From a virus, in the IMG/VR virus record IMGVR_UViG_3300032286_000719, positions 48,820 through 112,819 of that record: 64,000 bases of DNA; one strand, given 5' to 3'. Of the stretch, positions 48,524-58,531 are shown piece after piece. The notes beneath the pieces are model-generated. The model ran no database searches and was not told the origin of the DNA. It saw nothing but the letters and a program-made list of their open reading frames with translations. Numbering within the stretch: the first letter of the stretch is position 1; each line of letters starts with the position of its first letter. The position numbers were made by a program, and so were the translations under genes.

Positions 48524-49845
48524 TAGATGAAAGAAGCAATAGTTAAGTTCTTAGTAAACTTGTCTACAGAAGATGTAGCTGCTTTTACAAGCTGTGCATG
48601 CACATTAGCAACATCATCACCCACTGTTAAGCCTTTGATGTCTTTCAATTGCATATTAAGACTGCTAAGAGCTTCTTTGTAAGTCTTCTCATCTTCTCTT
48701 GATCCCAATGGAAGAGTGTTCAATGTCTCAATCATATGTGTAATACCTGAAGACAATTCTCTAAACTTCATTGTAGATTCAAACTTCTTGATAGCTTCAG
48801 CAATCAATGATGGTTTCTTTGCAAACTCTGCAATGAAAGACAATGATTCTGGACCACATTGATCATACACCTGATATGCTGTTACAGCAACACGAGGACT
48901 GATAGTGATGCTGTTCTTTGCATATTCCTGTAATAGATAAGGAATAACAGGATCAACTTCTCCTACACCAAATTTACTTTCAAGCAATTTGTTATAGCTG
49001 ATTTCTGTGTAGTTATCCCATATAACATTCAATTCTAATGGGAAACGCTCCATCAATGCCTTCAATGACATATTCTTAGAGAATTCATCACGAGTTCTAT
49101 TAGTACAACAGATGATAAACTTAGTGTTGATAGGAAATATCTGTGTACCATTTCTGAATACACCAGATGATAGAATATCCTTCAATTGCTCTAGAATGAA
49201 ATCAGGAGCATCGAATAACTCTTCGAAGATTACATACTCGTGGTTCATAAAACTATTCTCTACAAGGTATTCAATCTTACCTGTTGTTTCGAACGTTGGT
49301 ATATCAAGACCACCAAACAATCTGTCTGTTGTCATACCTGTACCCATTGTTTGAATGAATGGATCAATACCCTTTGCTTTCAAGAAATCTAATGTGATTT
49401 CTGATTTACCATGTCCACCTGGACCATACAATATCACGTTCTTACATGTAGAATATCCTACGTTTAGAATGTTAACTGTTTTATCCATGAATACAAACTT
49501 GTCTCCCACTGGATTCTTCTTTACTGATTTTGTTGTTGTTGATTTCATTTTTCTTTCTTTTATTAAGGATTTTGTTACTTGCTTTAAAATTTCTTTTGTT
49601 TCTTCTTCTGATAGCTCTTCTGAGTTTAAAATGCATTGGTTGGCTCTGAATGTCCAATCACTATAATTGAAATCATATCTTCCTTCAATTAGTTTAATGA
49701 ATTCATCAGGAATGTCTTGTCCTATAAAATGATGCATATCACCATGATCATTCCAATGAATTGGACCTTCATAATCTTCATTGTGTTCTACCCAAAGACC
49801 ATCTGCTTCAAACTCTTCTTTTGTCTTAAATCTATATTTTGTCAT
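48523..49845 (-). CDS. MoxR/RavA-like AAA+ ATPase
   Basis: 'LYGPGGHGKS', 'LFGG', 'IFEE', 'CTN', 'ALMERFPL'; possible internal start at 49548. Confidence 0.85.
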   Translation of the reverse strand: MTKYRFKTKEEFEADGLWVEHNEDYEGPIHWNDHGDMHHFIGQDIPDEFIKLIEGRYDFNYSDWTFRANQCILNSEELSEEETKEILKQVTKSLIKERKMKSTTTKSVKKNPVGDKFVFMDKTVNILNVGYSTCKNVILYGPGGHGKSEITLDFLKAKGIDPFIQTMGTGMTTDRLFGGLDIPTFETTGKIEYLVENSFMNHEYVIFEELFDAPDFILEQLKDILSSGVFRNGTQIFPINTKFIICCTNRTRDEFSKNMSLKALMERFPLELNVIWDNYTEISYNKLLESKFGVGEVDPVIPYLLQEYAKNSITISPRVAVTAYQVYDQCGPESLSFIAEFAKKPSLIAEAIKKFESTMKFRELSSGITHMIETLNTLPLGSREDEKTYKEALSSLNMQLKDIKGLTVGDDVANVHAQLVKAATSSVDKFTKNLTIASFI

Positions 49846-49860
49846 AGCTTTGATATAAAA

Positions 49861-49883
49861 AGGAGAGCCATTACAGCTCTCCT
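49861..49883 (-). terminator. intrinsic terminator
   Basis: AGGAGAGC-TGTAATG-GCTCTCCT followed by TTTT. Confidence 0.7.
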
Positions 49884-49892
49884 ATTAAACAA

Positions 49893-50375
49893 TTAATCAT
49901 CATCACCATTTGGATCAATACCAAGTTTACCCATAATGAGCTTATCAAGAAACTCTTTCACTTCAGGTGGAAGAGAATTACTATCAATAGCATCATCTGG
50001 ACTGTTTCCTTCCTTCATGTTTACAAGAAACTCTCTGATGTTTGGTGGAAGATCTTCAGCATCTAATGCTATCTTTCTAATACCATCTTTAAGACCATCA
50101 AGTTTCTTCTCTAATTTCTCAGCAAATCCATCTAACTTCTGTTGTAAGAAGAATGATGCTATGATTACTAATTGAGAATAGCTAAACTCATTAAGAGATG
50201 CTTCTACTAACATACTTGGAGAAATATCATCTTTTAGATCTTTGTTTTCATCAAAGAGATGATTCTTTAGTAGATTACCAATTTGTGTTTGTAGATCATC
50301 CATATAGGATTCTTCTACACCAATAGCTTTGTTAAGCTTTTTTTGACCATGGTCAAACGTAAAAATTGAATTCAT
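49893..50375 (-). CDS. hypothetical early protein
   Basis: CCTTAATAA leader; internal repeat 'LPP.I/V.EFL'. Confidence 0.55.
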   Translation of the reverse strand: MNSIFTFDHGQKKLNKAIGVEESYMDDLQTQIGNLLKNHLFDENKDLKDDISPSMLVEASLNEFSYSQLVIIASFFLQQKLDGFAEKLEKKLDGLKDGIRKIALDAEDLPPNIREFLVNMKEGNSPDDAIDSNSLPPEVKEFLDKLIMGKLGIDPNGDDD

Positions 50376-51390
50376 TGTTATTAAGGATTTAAATTATTTA
50401 TTGTTCTATTGATGATCTAACATCAATTGTCGTTTCTTTCACAATCCCATGTCTGAAATTGTATAACACCTCAACTACTAACCTCCTAGAAACTATTCTT
50501 CTAAGAGGATTAGTTGAGCCCACTAATGTGCCTTTGTATATTCTACGTCTCATAATACATATGATAATAATGATACAACTAAGGATGCACCAAGACATAT
50601 AGATAACCAAAAGACTATTTTCTGCAGTCTTAAGTTTTCTTTTCTATGTAATTCTGTTTCCTTTTCACATAGTTCTATGTATCTATCCTTCATGGATATG
50701 ATTTCGTTAGAAAATTCTAATGCTCTTTGGTAACTTTTTGAAAGCTCTGTGAGCTTCTCAAGCGTCTCTTCGATGTGTGGTTCTTTACTCATTGTTTTTA
50801 GATTTTTCAACCAACATAGCACCAATAAGAACTGGTAAAATAACAGGACTAAGCACAAACATAAACCATGCTTCAGTTGGTATAGATTTACCATCGTAAG
50901 TCTCTAACATCATTCCTAACATTATTGTATAGGAAAGAAAGAAATAAAATAATATCATATAACTGTGTCTTTTAAATAAGTTTCTGGTAATGATGATTGT
51001 TGTTCAATCATGCCAATAAGAGTTCCTATATATAATGCTGTTGATCCAAGATCATATGATTCTGGAATACCAATCATTAAATATTTACTATCACCTGTTT
51101 CTTCAATAGAGCAAGTGATAGCTTGTCTGTTAATTTGATCAACCATTCTGTTGATTAAAGGCCAATGCATTGAGCCTACGTGATGTTTAATTGTTATCAT
51201 AAACCAATCATGTTATCAAAAGAACTCTCTAACAATTCCATTAGAGAGTTTCTTTCTTGGATTAATGAATCAATTTGGTCTTCTATGACATGTACATTTA
51301 CATCATCATAATTATTCTTAAGACCATCAAGAGAATGTATCTCTATTCTAATGGCTTGAATACGTTGTTCAATCTGTTCTATTCTCATGA

Positions 51391-51777
51391 TTATAAGTAT
51401 TTAGAATATAAACGTGTCACTCTACTAATCTCATCCATAGCAAATTTCTTTGCTTGTTCAGGTGTATAAGCATCAACCAATAGTTTGATAGCATTAGCTT
51501 GTTCTGTAACATATGCTTCATCATGTGAATCATTGTTATAGCTATGAGCTGTATCAAAGCCTATCATATAATACTCGTTCTCTTTATCCCATCGAGAGAA
51601 TGTTATCTCTTCAGGACAATCTTTAGGTTGTAAATAGTCTCCCCAATCATCGCTAACTAGTGTTTCAACTAGTATTGGATGGTCTTTAGGAATATGGACG
51701 TATCCACATCCCCAACCAGTTTTACCAAGTGTTTTAAAATCTTCAGCGTACGCTACAGTACTAATAAATGTTTCCAT
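51391..51777 (-). CDS. hypothetical protein
   Basis: 'GWGCGYVHIPKDHP', 'IGFDTAH' phage family pattern; start reassigned using the leader motif. Confidence 0.6.
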   Translation of the reverse strand: METFISTVAYAEDFKTLGKTGWGCGYVHIPKDHPILVETLVSDDWGDYLQPKDCPEEITFSRWDKENEYYMIGFDTAHSYNNDSHDEAYVTEQANAIKLLVDAYTPEQAKKFAMDEISRVTRLYSKYL

Positions 51778-51790
51778 CGTTATTAAGGGT

Positions 51791-52171
51791 TTAATTATAT
51801 TGATATGAGCAATGACCAACACCTGTTTTCACAGTTTGATCATTTATTTTTATTGTGATATTTGCTGTTACATTTACATTAGTGCCACCATAGTTGTTTG
51901 AATTGTCTGTTGAATAGCTGAAGCCTAATGCAGTGATGACATCACCTTTCTTAACTTCTATGTTCAAACATGGTGTTGCATATCTTGTCGTAACACAATT
52001 GGATGTAACAAAAACTTCAGGACTACCACCAGTGTTAGTGATGGTAGCCATTGATGTTTTTTCAACTTGTATTTCTTCATTATCTGGAGCTGTACAACTT
52101 GTATTCATTAATATAGCAGATAACATTGAAATGTATATTGCTATTACTAAATAAGTTTTAAAATGTTTCAT
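51791..52171 (-). CDS. putative lipoprotein
   Basis: MKHFK + hydrophobic stretch + lipobox-like 'NTS-C'. Confidence 0.55.
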   Translation of the reverse strand: MKHFKTYLVIAIYISMLSAILMNTSCTAPDNEEIQVEKTSMATITNTGGSPEVFVTSNCVTTRYATPCLNIEVKKGDVITALGFSYSTDNSNNYGGTNVNVTANITIKINDQTVKTGVGHCSYQYN

Positions 52172-52175
52172 TGTT

Positions 52176-52517
52176 TTATTGAGTAACATTAAAATGTATT
52201 CTCTTTGGGAACTTACCATCAAATACAAATTTGGTTACATTACATAACCATACTGGTGCAAAACCTAAATGATATATGCATCCATTAGGTGGTGTTTGTA
52301 TTATTCTTTTAAGTGTTTCAAATCCTTTAGGACATTCTTTATCTGTTGATAAGTCAACAGTGACTGTTGTACCATTGTTTGATAAATGATCTAATAGTGT
52401 ATCAGCACCACCAACCATCTGTAATTCTGCTTTTGTTCCTGTCCAATTTGGTAAATCTATGTACCAATTACCTTGTTCTTTATTAAATGTGTGTTTCATT
52501 GTTTTTGTTTCTGTCAT
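52176..52517 (-). CDS. DUF6717-like protein
   Basis: 'WYIDLP', 'LQMVGGADTLLD', 'WLCNVTKFVF..FPK.I'. Confidence 0.55.
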   Translation of the reverse strand: MTETKTMKHTFNKEQGNWYIDLPNWTGTKAELQMVGGADTLLDHLSNNGTTVTVDLSTDKECPKGFETLKRIIQTPPNGCIYHLGFAPVWLCNVTKFVFDGKFPKRIHFNVTQ

Positions 52518-53678
52518 TGTTTTTGTTTATTTCTTCTAAATATTCTTCTACGTCTTTTATATATTGTAATGCATTCGCATAAGTTTTACGAAGTATTAAA
52601 TTCACTGTAAAGGGAGCATGCTGTTTAACATGCTCTCCTTCTAGTGTAACAATATTCATAAAACCATCTTTATCGAATGATATTGATTCATATATGTGAT
52701 ATTCATCATTCATATCACATAAATAAACCATTCTAGAATCGTCCATGATCATTAGTGCTTAAATGGTCATTAACATCGTTCCCTACAATTACAGCTGGAA
52801 TCCAGCCTATAATCATTAGCAGCATTAATGTTGCACCATGCGTTAGACAATCTCTAAATGATAGGTCTGATAATAACCAGCCTATTGTTCCCATTACACA
52901 CCATGTGCTGAGAAATGTGGCTATTACAGCCAACATAAGTTTTGTTGATTTCATTTGTTTATTATTAAGGAGTTTGTTTATTATTATATAAATCATTTGT
53001 AGTTATTCGTAAATATTATGAAAACACGACTTTGAAGGTATATATGTACTACATCCTACTGTTCTAGGAGTTAAATGATTTAAAAGGGCCCAAGAAGAGC
53101 CCATTATATTTATTTCATCCAAGACATAATCTCTTCCATCTCTTGTCTTGTCATTCTTTTAATTCTACATACATAAGAAACAACATCTTTATCTCCTTCC
53201 CAACCAACATTGATTAGATAACCATAAGAATAATAATCCCAACCATCAATAGAGAATGATGCAGACTCACAAGGAAAGTCTGTATAACTATGATGATTCA
53301 TTGTATCACGATTCTTATCAAATGCATTCCAAAAGTCTTGAGATGTAATCTCTTCCATCTCTGTATTGAAATGTTCTAACTCTGCTAATGATTGAGCTAT
53401 GTTCTTACCAAGTGTTCTCTTATGAGAGTTTAACAATTGTTCTTCTAATGTTTCCATAATGCTATATATATTTGATTTATTATACGTTGTTTGTTGTTTG
53501 TCAAGTTGACCCTTTTAGTACGTGATGGTCCTCACGTTGATATCATCATTCTCCCATTAAAAACTTTTTACGAGGGAGAAAAAAACTTTTTATACCTATA
53601 TATAAGTAAAAGAATGGGAAAAGGTGGGTTTTTAACGCCCACCCGATCTGCCACCCACCATATATGAGAATGCAAGGC

Positions 53679-54026
53679 TTAAAGCCCTGCATACTCTGTT
53701 GGATTAACCATTCTCTGTGGCTTGAAGTTCTCAGCAGTAATGCTCTCGAACTTCATTTCCTTCTCTTTGAAAGCATTTGCTTTCGTCCAAGTCACATAAT
53801 TGTTCAACGACCAACCATCATCAGTAACTGTAATGTCAACTAATTTAACGTCACCATCTTTCAAGTCTTGATGAAAGTCATCATCTTCGTGAACTGCAAA
53901 GGCATTTTCGCCTGAAGCATAAATTCTGTAACTTTTTCCTGCGAAGCCTTCAGCTGCACCTTCTTTGTAGTTTCTAACAATGTTAGTCTTCTTGATTTTC
54001 AAAACGTCTTGTCCTGTAATTTCCAT
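53679..54026 (-). CDS. hypothetical protein, first gene of the - strand block
   Basis: Start reassigned to MEITGQ after an A-rich leader. Confidence 0.55.
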   Translation of the reverse strand: MEITGQDVLKIKKTNIVRNYKEGAAEGFAGKSYRIYASGENAFAVHEDDDFHQDLKDGDVKLVDITVTDDGWSLNNYVTWTKANAFKEKEMKFESITAENFKPQRMVNPTEYAGL

Positions 54027-54300
54027 AATTTTCTGTTTTTTTAAGTTAAATGGGGGAGCCACCCGACTTCCCCAAACATAGGTGGGGTTGCTGTTGGAAG
54101 TGGTCAACATCAGCACATACATGGGGGGTCTTACCATATGGAAAAAAATTTTGGAAAAAAATTTGGAGGGAACAGTTTTTTGTTCCTACCTTTGGTGGGT
54201 GGGTGGGTTTGTCTTTATCTATATAGAAAGAATAAGTTCATAATATAGCATAGGGAATAAATATTTGTCTTGTATGTATTGATTATATTTTTTTATTATA

Positions 54301-54308
54301 TATCTTTG
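54301..54308 (+). promoter_or_regulatory. -7 promoter element TATCTTTG for the packaging operon
   Basis: TAnnTTTG 21 nt upstream of ATG 54330, with TTG elements further upstream. Confidence 0.55.
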
Positions 54309-54329
54309 TCAGAGTAATAAAACTAAATT

Positions 54330-54719
54330 ATGATAGTACAGAGTCTTAAGAAGGATGTATCTACAGATTTTCAATTAGCTGAGAAGTATTATAGTGTATT
54401 GTTTACAATAAACAATCTACATCTAACAGAAAGAGAGATACAGCTCATAGCTTTTACAGCTATTAAGGGTAACATTACATATGCTAATGTAAGGGAGGAG
54501 TTCTGCAAAACCTACAACAGTACATCGCCAACAATCAACAACATTGTTTCTAAGCTTAAGAGATTTGGTATATTTATTAAGGAGAATGGTAAGGTGAAGG
54601 TGAATCCAAAAATCATCATAGATTTCCAGAAAGACTTAATGTTGAATATAAAACTAATACATGAAGAAGCCTCAATCAATGTCAATCAAGGAGTGGATCA
54701 TCAAGAAGATGGCAATTAG
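54330..54719 (+). CDS. winged-HTH protein
   Basis: 'LTEREIQL', 'TINNIVSKLKRFG.F.K....VNP'. Confidence 0.6.
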   Translation: MIVQSLKKDVSTDFQLAEKYYSVLFTINNLHLTEREIQLIAFTAIKGNITYANVREEFCKTYNSTSPTINNIVSKLKRFGIFIKENGKVKVNPKIIIDFQKDLMLNIKLIHEEASINVNQGVDHQEDGN

Positions 54720-55023
54720 CATGGTGATACCAGAGAAGATTATTGATGCTGTTGTTGTTCATCAGTTTGATTCAGCTAATGATGCTCTTAATATTAATAA
54801 GAGTGTAGAGATTTCAGGTTTTGGTAAGTTTCATTTCAACCAGAAGAAAGCTCAAGGACAATATGAGAAACTCAATAAGATAAAACAGGCATACGAAAGA
54901 ATGCTGTTGGACGAGAACATCACAGAGACAAAGAAAAACGCTGTAGAGCTTAAATTACAAATCATCACATCCAGTATTAAAACACTAAAACCAAAAATAG
55001 ATGAGTCTGGGACAAATATTTGA
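54661..55023 (+). CDS. IHF/HU-like protein
   Basis: 'SVEISGFGKF'; upstream of terminase as in crAss-like phages. Confidence 0.65.
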   Translation: MKKPQSMSIKEWIIKKMAISMVIPEKIIDAVVVHQFDSANDALNINKSVEISGFGKFHFNQKKAQGQYEKLNKIKQAYERMLLDENITETKKNAVELKLQIITSSIKTLKPKIDESGTNI

Positions 55024-55270
55024 GGGATGGAAGAATCATCTTCTTCCTGAGGAAAGAACAAAAGCTTTTATTCAACATGTAAGCAATGAAAGACTTGATA
55101 TATGTAATGAATGTGAGCATCATTCTAAAAATCACGCATCTGTAAGACCAGATGCACATTGCACAGAGTGTGGATGTACACTATCTGCTAAAACAAAATG
55201 TTTAACCTGTGAATGTCCATTGAAGAAATGGGTAGCACAAGAAATACCAAAAGAAAATGATGCTACGTAA
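55001..55270 (+). CDS. Cys-rich Zn-binding protein (DUF6171-like)
   Basis: 'RLDICNEC', 'CTECGC.L.AKT', 'CPLKKW'. Confidence 0.65.
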   Translation: MSLGQIFEGWKNHLLPEERTKAFIQHVSNERLDICNECEHHSKNHASVRPDAHCTECGCTLSAKTKCLTCECPLKKWVAQEIPKENDAT

Positions 55271-56174
55271 AATACCATTAGGACCATTCCTAGAAATCCT
55301 TACAGACCTATTTGACAATGGAGCTGATTTCATTGATATATCAGGTGATGTTAACAATGAAGGAGAATCACCAAGAGACAGTATTAAGATTACAGTGAAG
55401 CCTGAGTATTTATCCCCTGACATTAATGAGGAAGAGGAAGATGTAATAGATCTTGGAATGGATTTTCTAATAGACAATAAGACTGACACAACACCACCAT
55501 CGCCTCTCTCTGAAGATGATATTCAAGATTTAATATAAATAGCATGGGCAGACAAAACTATTATCGACAAATCCTACAGATATTGGAGAGACTACGTAAA
55601 GCTCATCCAACATATAATATAGGAAGACATATTTCTACAGCATTGGATGGATATGACGATATATGGGGTGTGACAGATAAAGAATTCCTATTTGCCTTAG
55701 AGAAATATGAACTAGAATTGAATATGGATGTAGATCACATTGATCAGGAGGAGATAGATGAGATAATAAAAGATGGCATGAATTTGGAGAGAACATTGTT
55801 CGAAGAGGAGGAAGAATAAATAAATAATAACATAATACCAACTACATAATGGAAATAATTACACCTAAAAGAGTTGTTGGAGTACATCATGATCCAACTA
55901 AATTTTTTACTATAAGAATTGTATACACAGAAGGTATGCAAGAGTTTCTTTGTCCTGATGGTGAAGATGTTTATCATTCACAACAAGAAAGAAGAAGAGA
56001 AAGATTTAGAGAACAAGAATTAGCATTTGCAAATAGACTTGCTGCTGATTCTGAAGAACAACTTAGGTATAATAATATAATAAATAGCATTCTTGATTAT
56101 AAAGATCATGATGATTATAAACGTAAAACTAGCCTTAAATATAAGGTGTTAAAGTTTTTAAAACTAACTAAATA

Positions 56175-56507
56175 ATGGCAGTAAGAAAAACTACATACAT
56201 TGATGTCGAGCTAGATTGGGCTGAGACACAATTAGCAAGCTGGAAACAATACGTTGATGCTAATCCCCTTCATGAATTGAAGGATAGAATAGAATGGAAA
56301 CCTACAGCTAAAGGAGGACTTCTTCCTATGGTGATTGCTTCTATCGAATCACAAGGGAAGTTTGTACAGGAAACAATGAAGAACTACCTTGCTCTTTTAA
56401 AAGAAGTGGATGTCATGAGAGAAAAGCAAGAAGCTAAGAAGGTGGAAACACGTGGTGGTCAAGAGCTTGGTTCTATGGCAGAAGAATTCTTAAAAGGTAG
56501 GGGATAA
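56175..56507 (+). CDS. conserved protein upstream of TerL (possible small terminase)
   Basis: Position; helical; 'RGG' near the C-terminus. Confidence 0.45.
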   Translation: MAVRKTTYIDVELDWAETQLASWKQYVDANPLHELKDRIEWKPTAKGGLLPMVIASIESQGKFVQETMKNYLALLKEVDVMREKQEAKKVETRGGQELGSMAEEFLKGRG

Positions 56508-56508
56508 A

Positions 56509-58530
56509 ATGAACTTACATGATATAGACTATAAGGATTGGTTCATCAATCAAAAACGTATTCCAGATGAAACATCTAGTGAATACAAATCATTCTTCAA
56601 TTTCCACAAGGAACTTTGTATGAATGGCTGTATGATGGATGGACAATACATCAATCCATTTCTATATTGGCATTTAAACATATGGCACACAGAGGTTGAT
56701 ACCATAGATGAATATGGACGTATCAACCAGAAATACGCTAATCCACTACTTAGAGATAACGAGTGGTTGGTAACAAATGAAATAGACAGAGCACATAAAG
56801 AAAAGAAAGGCCTAGTTATACTAGGTATTCGTCGTTTTGCTAAGTCTGTTATTGAAGCTAGTTACATAGGACAGGGTGCTACATTTGATGAGAACAGTCA
56901 GAACATTATTGCAGGACTAAATGCTCCTGATATAAAGCTGATTACAGATAAGATTGACAAGGGACTTAACTTCCTACCTAAATCCTGGAGATGGCAGAGG
57001 GTAGAGGATAACTGGAAGAACCAAGTTACCTTAGGGATTAAGACCAAGTCAGGAGAGAGAATACCCTTCTCTCAGATTCTTATACGTAACTTAGATGGTG
57101 GTAACAATGAAGAGGCTATTGCAGGTACCAAACCTAGAAGACTCATTATTGATGAGATTGGTAAGGGATCGTTCCTTAGAGGACTTCAAGCTGCTATACC
57201 AGGTTTTACAACACCATTTGGTTGGGGATGTTCACCTATTCTAACAGGTACAGGTGGAGACATGAAGATGTTCATGGATGCAAAGAGCTTAATGTTTGAT
57301 GTAGAAAACTTCAACTTCCTAGAATACAACAATGCAAAGGATGATAAAAGAGTGCATGGCCTCTTTATATCACATAAATACAGAATGGAGGCCAAAGAAG
57401 AATCTTCTCTTGGTGCATTCTTAGAAAAACCAGAAGGATCTTCTCTGTATCAGGTGAAGATGATGGTGTCAAATGAAGACAAAGCTACAGAGATTACTAA
57501 TACCAATCTAGAGAAGCTTAAGAAAGCTGGTGATAGAATGGCCTATCTGAAAGAGAAGATGTATTACCCACAAGAAGTGGATGATATATTCTTAAACGAA
57601 GATACCAATATATTTGATATTGAATCAGCTAAACGTCAGAAAGCCAGACTGTTAATGCAAGAAAGAACAGGAACACCTGTTATTCTATATGATGATGGAA
57701 ATGGTGTTAAGCATGAGTTTACAGATAAGCTTCCTATATCAAACTTCCCTCTGAAGAATAGTGATATGAAAGATGCTCCTGTAGTGATATATGAGTTTCC
57801 AATTGATACACCTCCTTATGGTTTATATGTAGCAGGAGTTGACCCTTATAGACAAGGTAAGTCTGCTTATTCTAGTTCATTAGGATCTGTATACATATAT
57901 AAACGTATGCATGCTATTGCAGGAGAGAAGTATCAAGATATGTTTGTGGCTAGTTATTGTGCTAGACCAGATAAGAAAGAAACATGGGAAGAACAAGCTC
58001 GCTACCTCATCAAGTATTACAATGCTAGAACGCTATGTGAGAATGATGAAATCAGCTTTATAGACTACATGATAGCCAAAGGAGATCAACATTATTTAGA
58101 GAAACAACCTGAATGGTTAAAAGAAATAGTTCCAAACACCACAGTGAGAAGGGATTATGGAATACATAGGTCTTCTGAGAAGATTAGAGACTTCTTACAT
58201 GGAGCTCTGAAGAAGTATACAGAAGAAGCTATACACATAGAGAAAGATGATGATGGTAACATCATATCAGAAATAAAGGGTATGTCAAAGATATTTGACC
58301 CTGTTCTATTAGAGGAAATGATCCAGTATAATGAACAAGGTAACTTTGATAGAATCATTGCTGCAGAATTAGCTGTAGCATTAGCTATGAAGCTAGATCC
58401 TATTATGGGTAAAATAGGTGGAGAGGAAGATATAAGAATCAAATCAATGTTCACAAAGAGCAAAAAGAATATGCTTTTCACAGAGAGCAGAACAATGTTT
58501 AACACACCAAAAAGTAAATTGTTTAGATAA
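56509..58530 (+). CDS. terL: terminase large subunit
   Basis: 'RRFAKS', Walker B 'LIIDEIG', 'GTGG', RNase H 'YVAGVDPY', 'GNFDR'. Confidence 0.92.
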   Translation: MNLHDIDYKDWFINQKRIPDETSSEYKSFFNFHKELCMNGCMMDGQYINPFLYWHLNIWHTEVDTIDEYGRINQKYANPLLRDNEWLVTNEIDRAHKEKKGLVILGIRRFAKSVIEASYIGQGATFDENSQNIIAGLNAPDIKLITDKIDKGLNFLPKSWRWQRVEDNWKNQVTLGIKTKSGERIPFSQILIRNLDGGNNEEAIAGTKPRRLIIDEIGKGSFLRGLQAAIPGFTTPFGWGCSPILTGTGGDMKMFMDAKSLMFDVENFNFLEYNNAKDDKRVHGLFISHKYRMEAKEESSLGAFLEKPEGSSLYQVKMMVSNEDKATEITNTNLEKLKKAGDRMAYLKEKMYYPQEVDDIFLNEDTNIFDIESAKRQKARLLMQERTGTPVILYDDGNGVKHEFTDKLPISNFPLKNSDMKDAPVVIYEFPIDTPPYGLYVAGVDPYRQGKSAYSSSLGSVYIYKRMHAIAGEKYQDMFVASYCARPDKKETWEEQARYLIKYYNARTLCENDEISFIDYMIAKGDQHYLEKQPEWLKEIVPNTTVRRDYGIHRSSEKIRDFLHGALKKYTEEAIHIEKDDDGNIISEIKGMSKIFDPVLLEEMIQYNEQGNFDRIIAAELAVALAMKLDPIMGKIGGEEDIRIKSMFTKSKKNMLFTESRTMFNTPKSKLFR

Positions 58531-58531
58531 C

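Noticed and set aside
40321-58530. Introns or inteins in PolB or TerL
   Set aside because: Both are uninterrupted, of ordinary length, and show no intein or LAGLIDADG motifs
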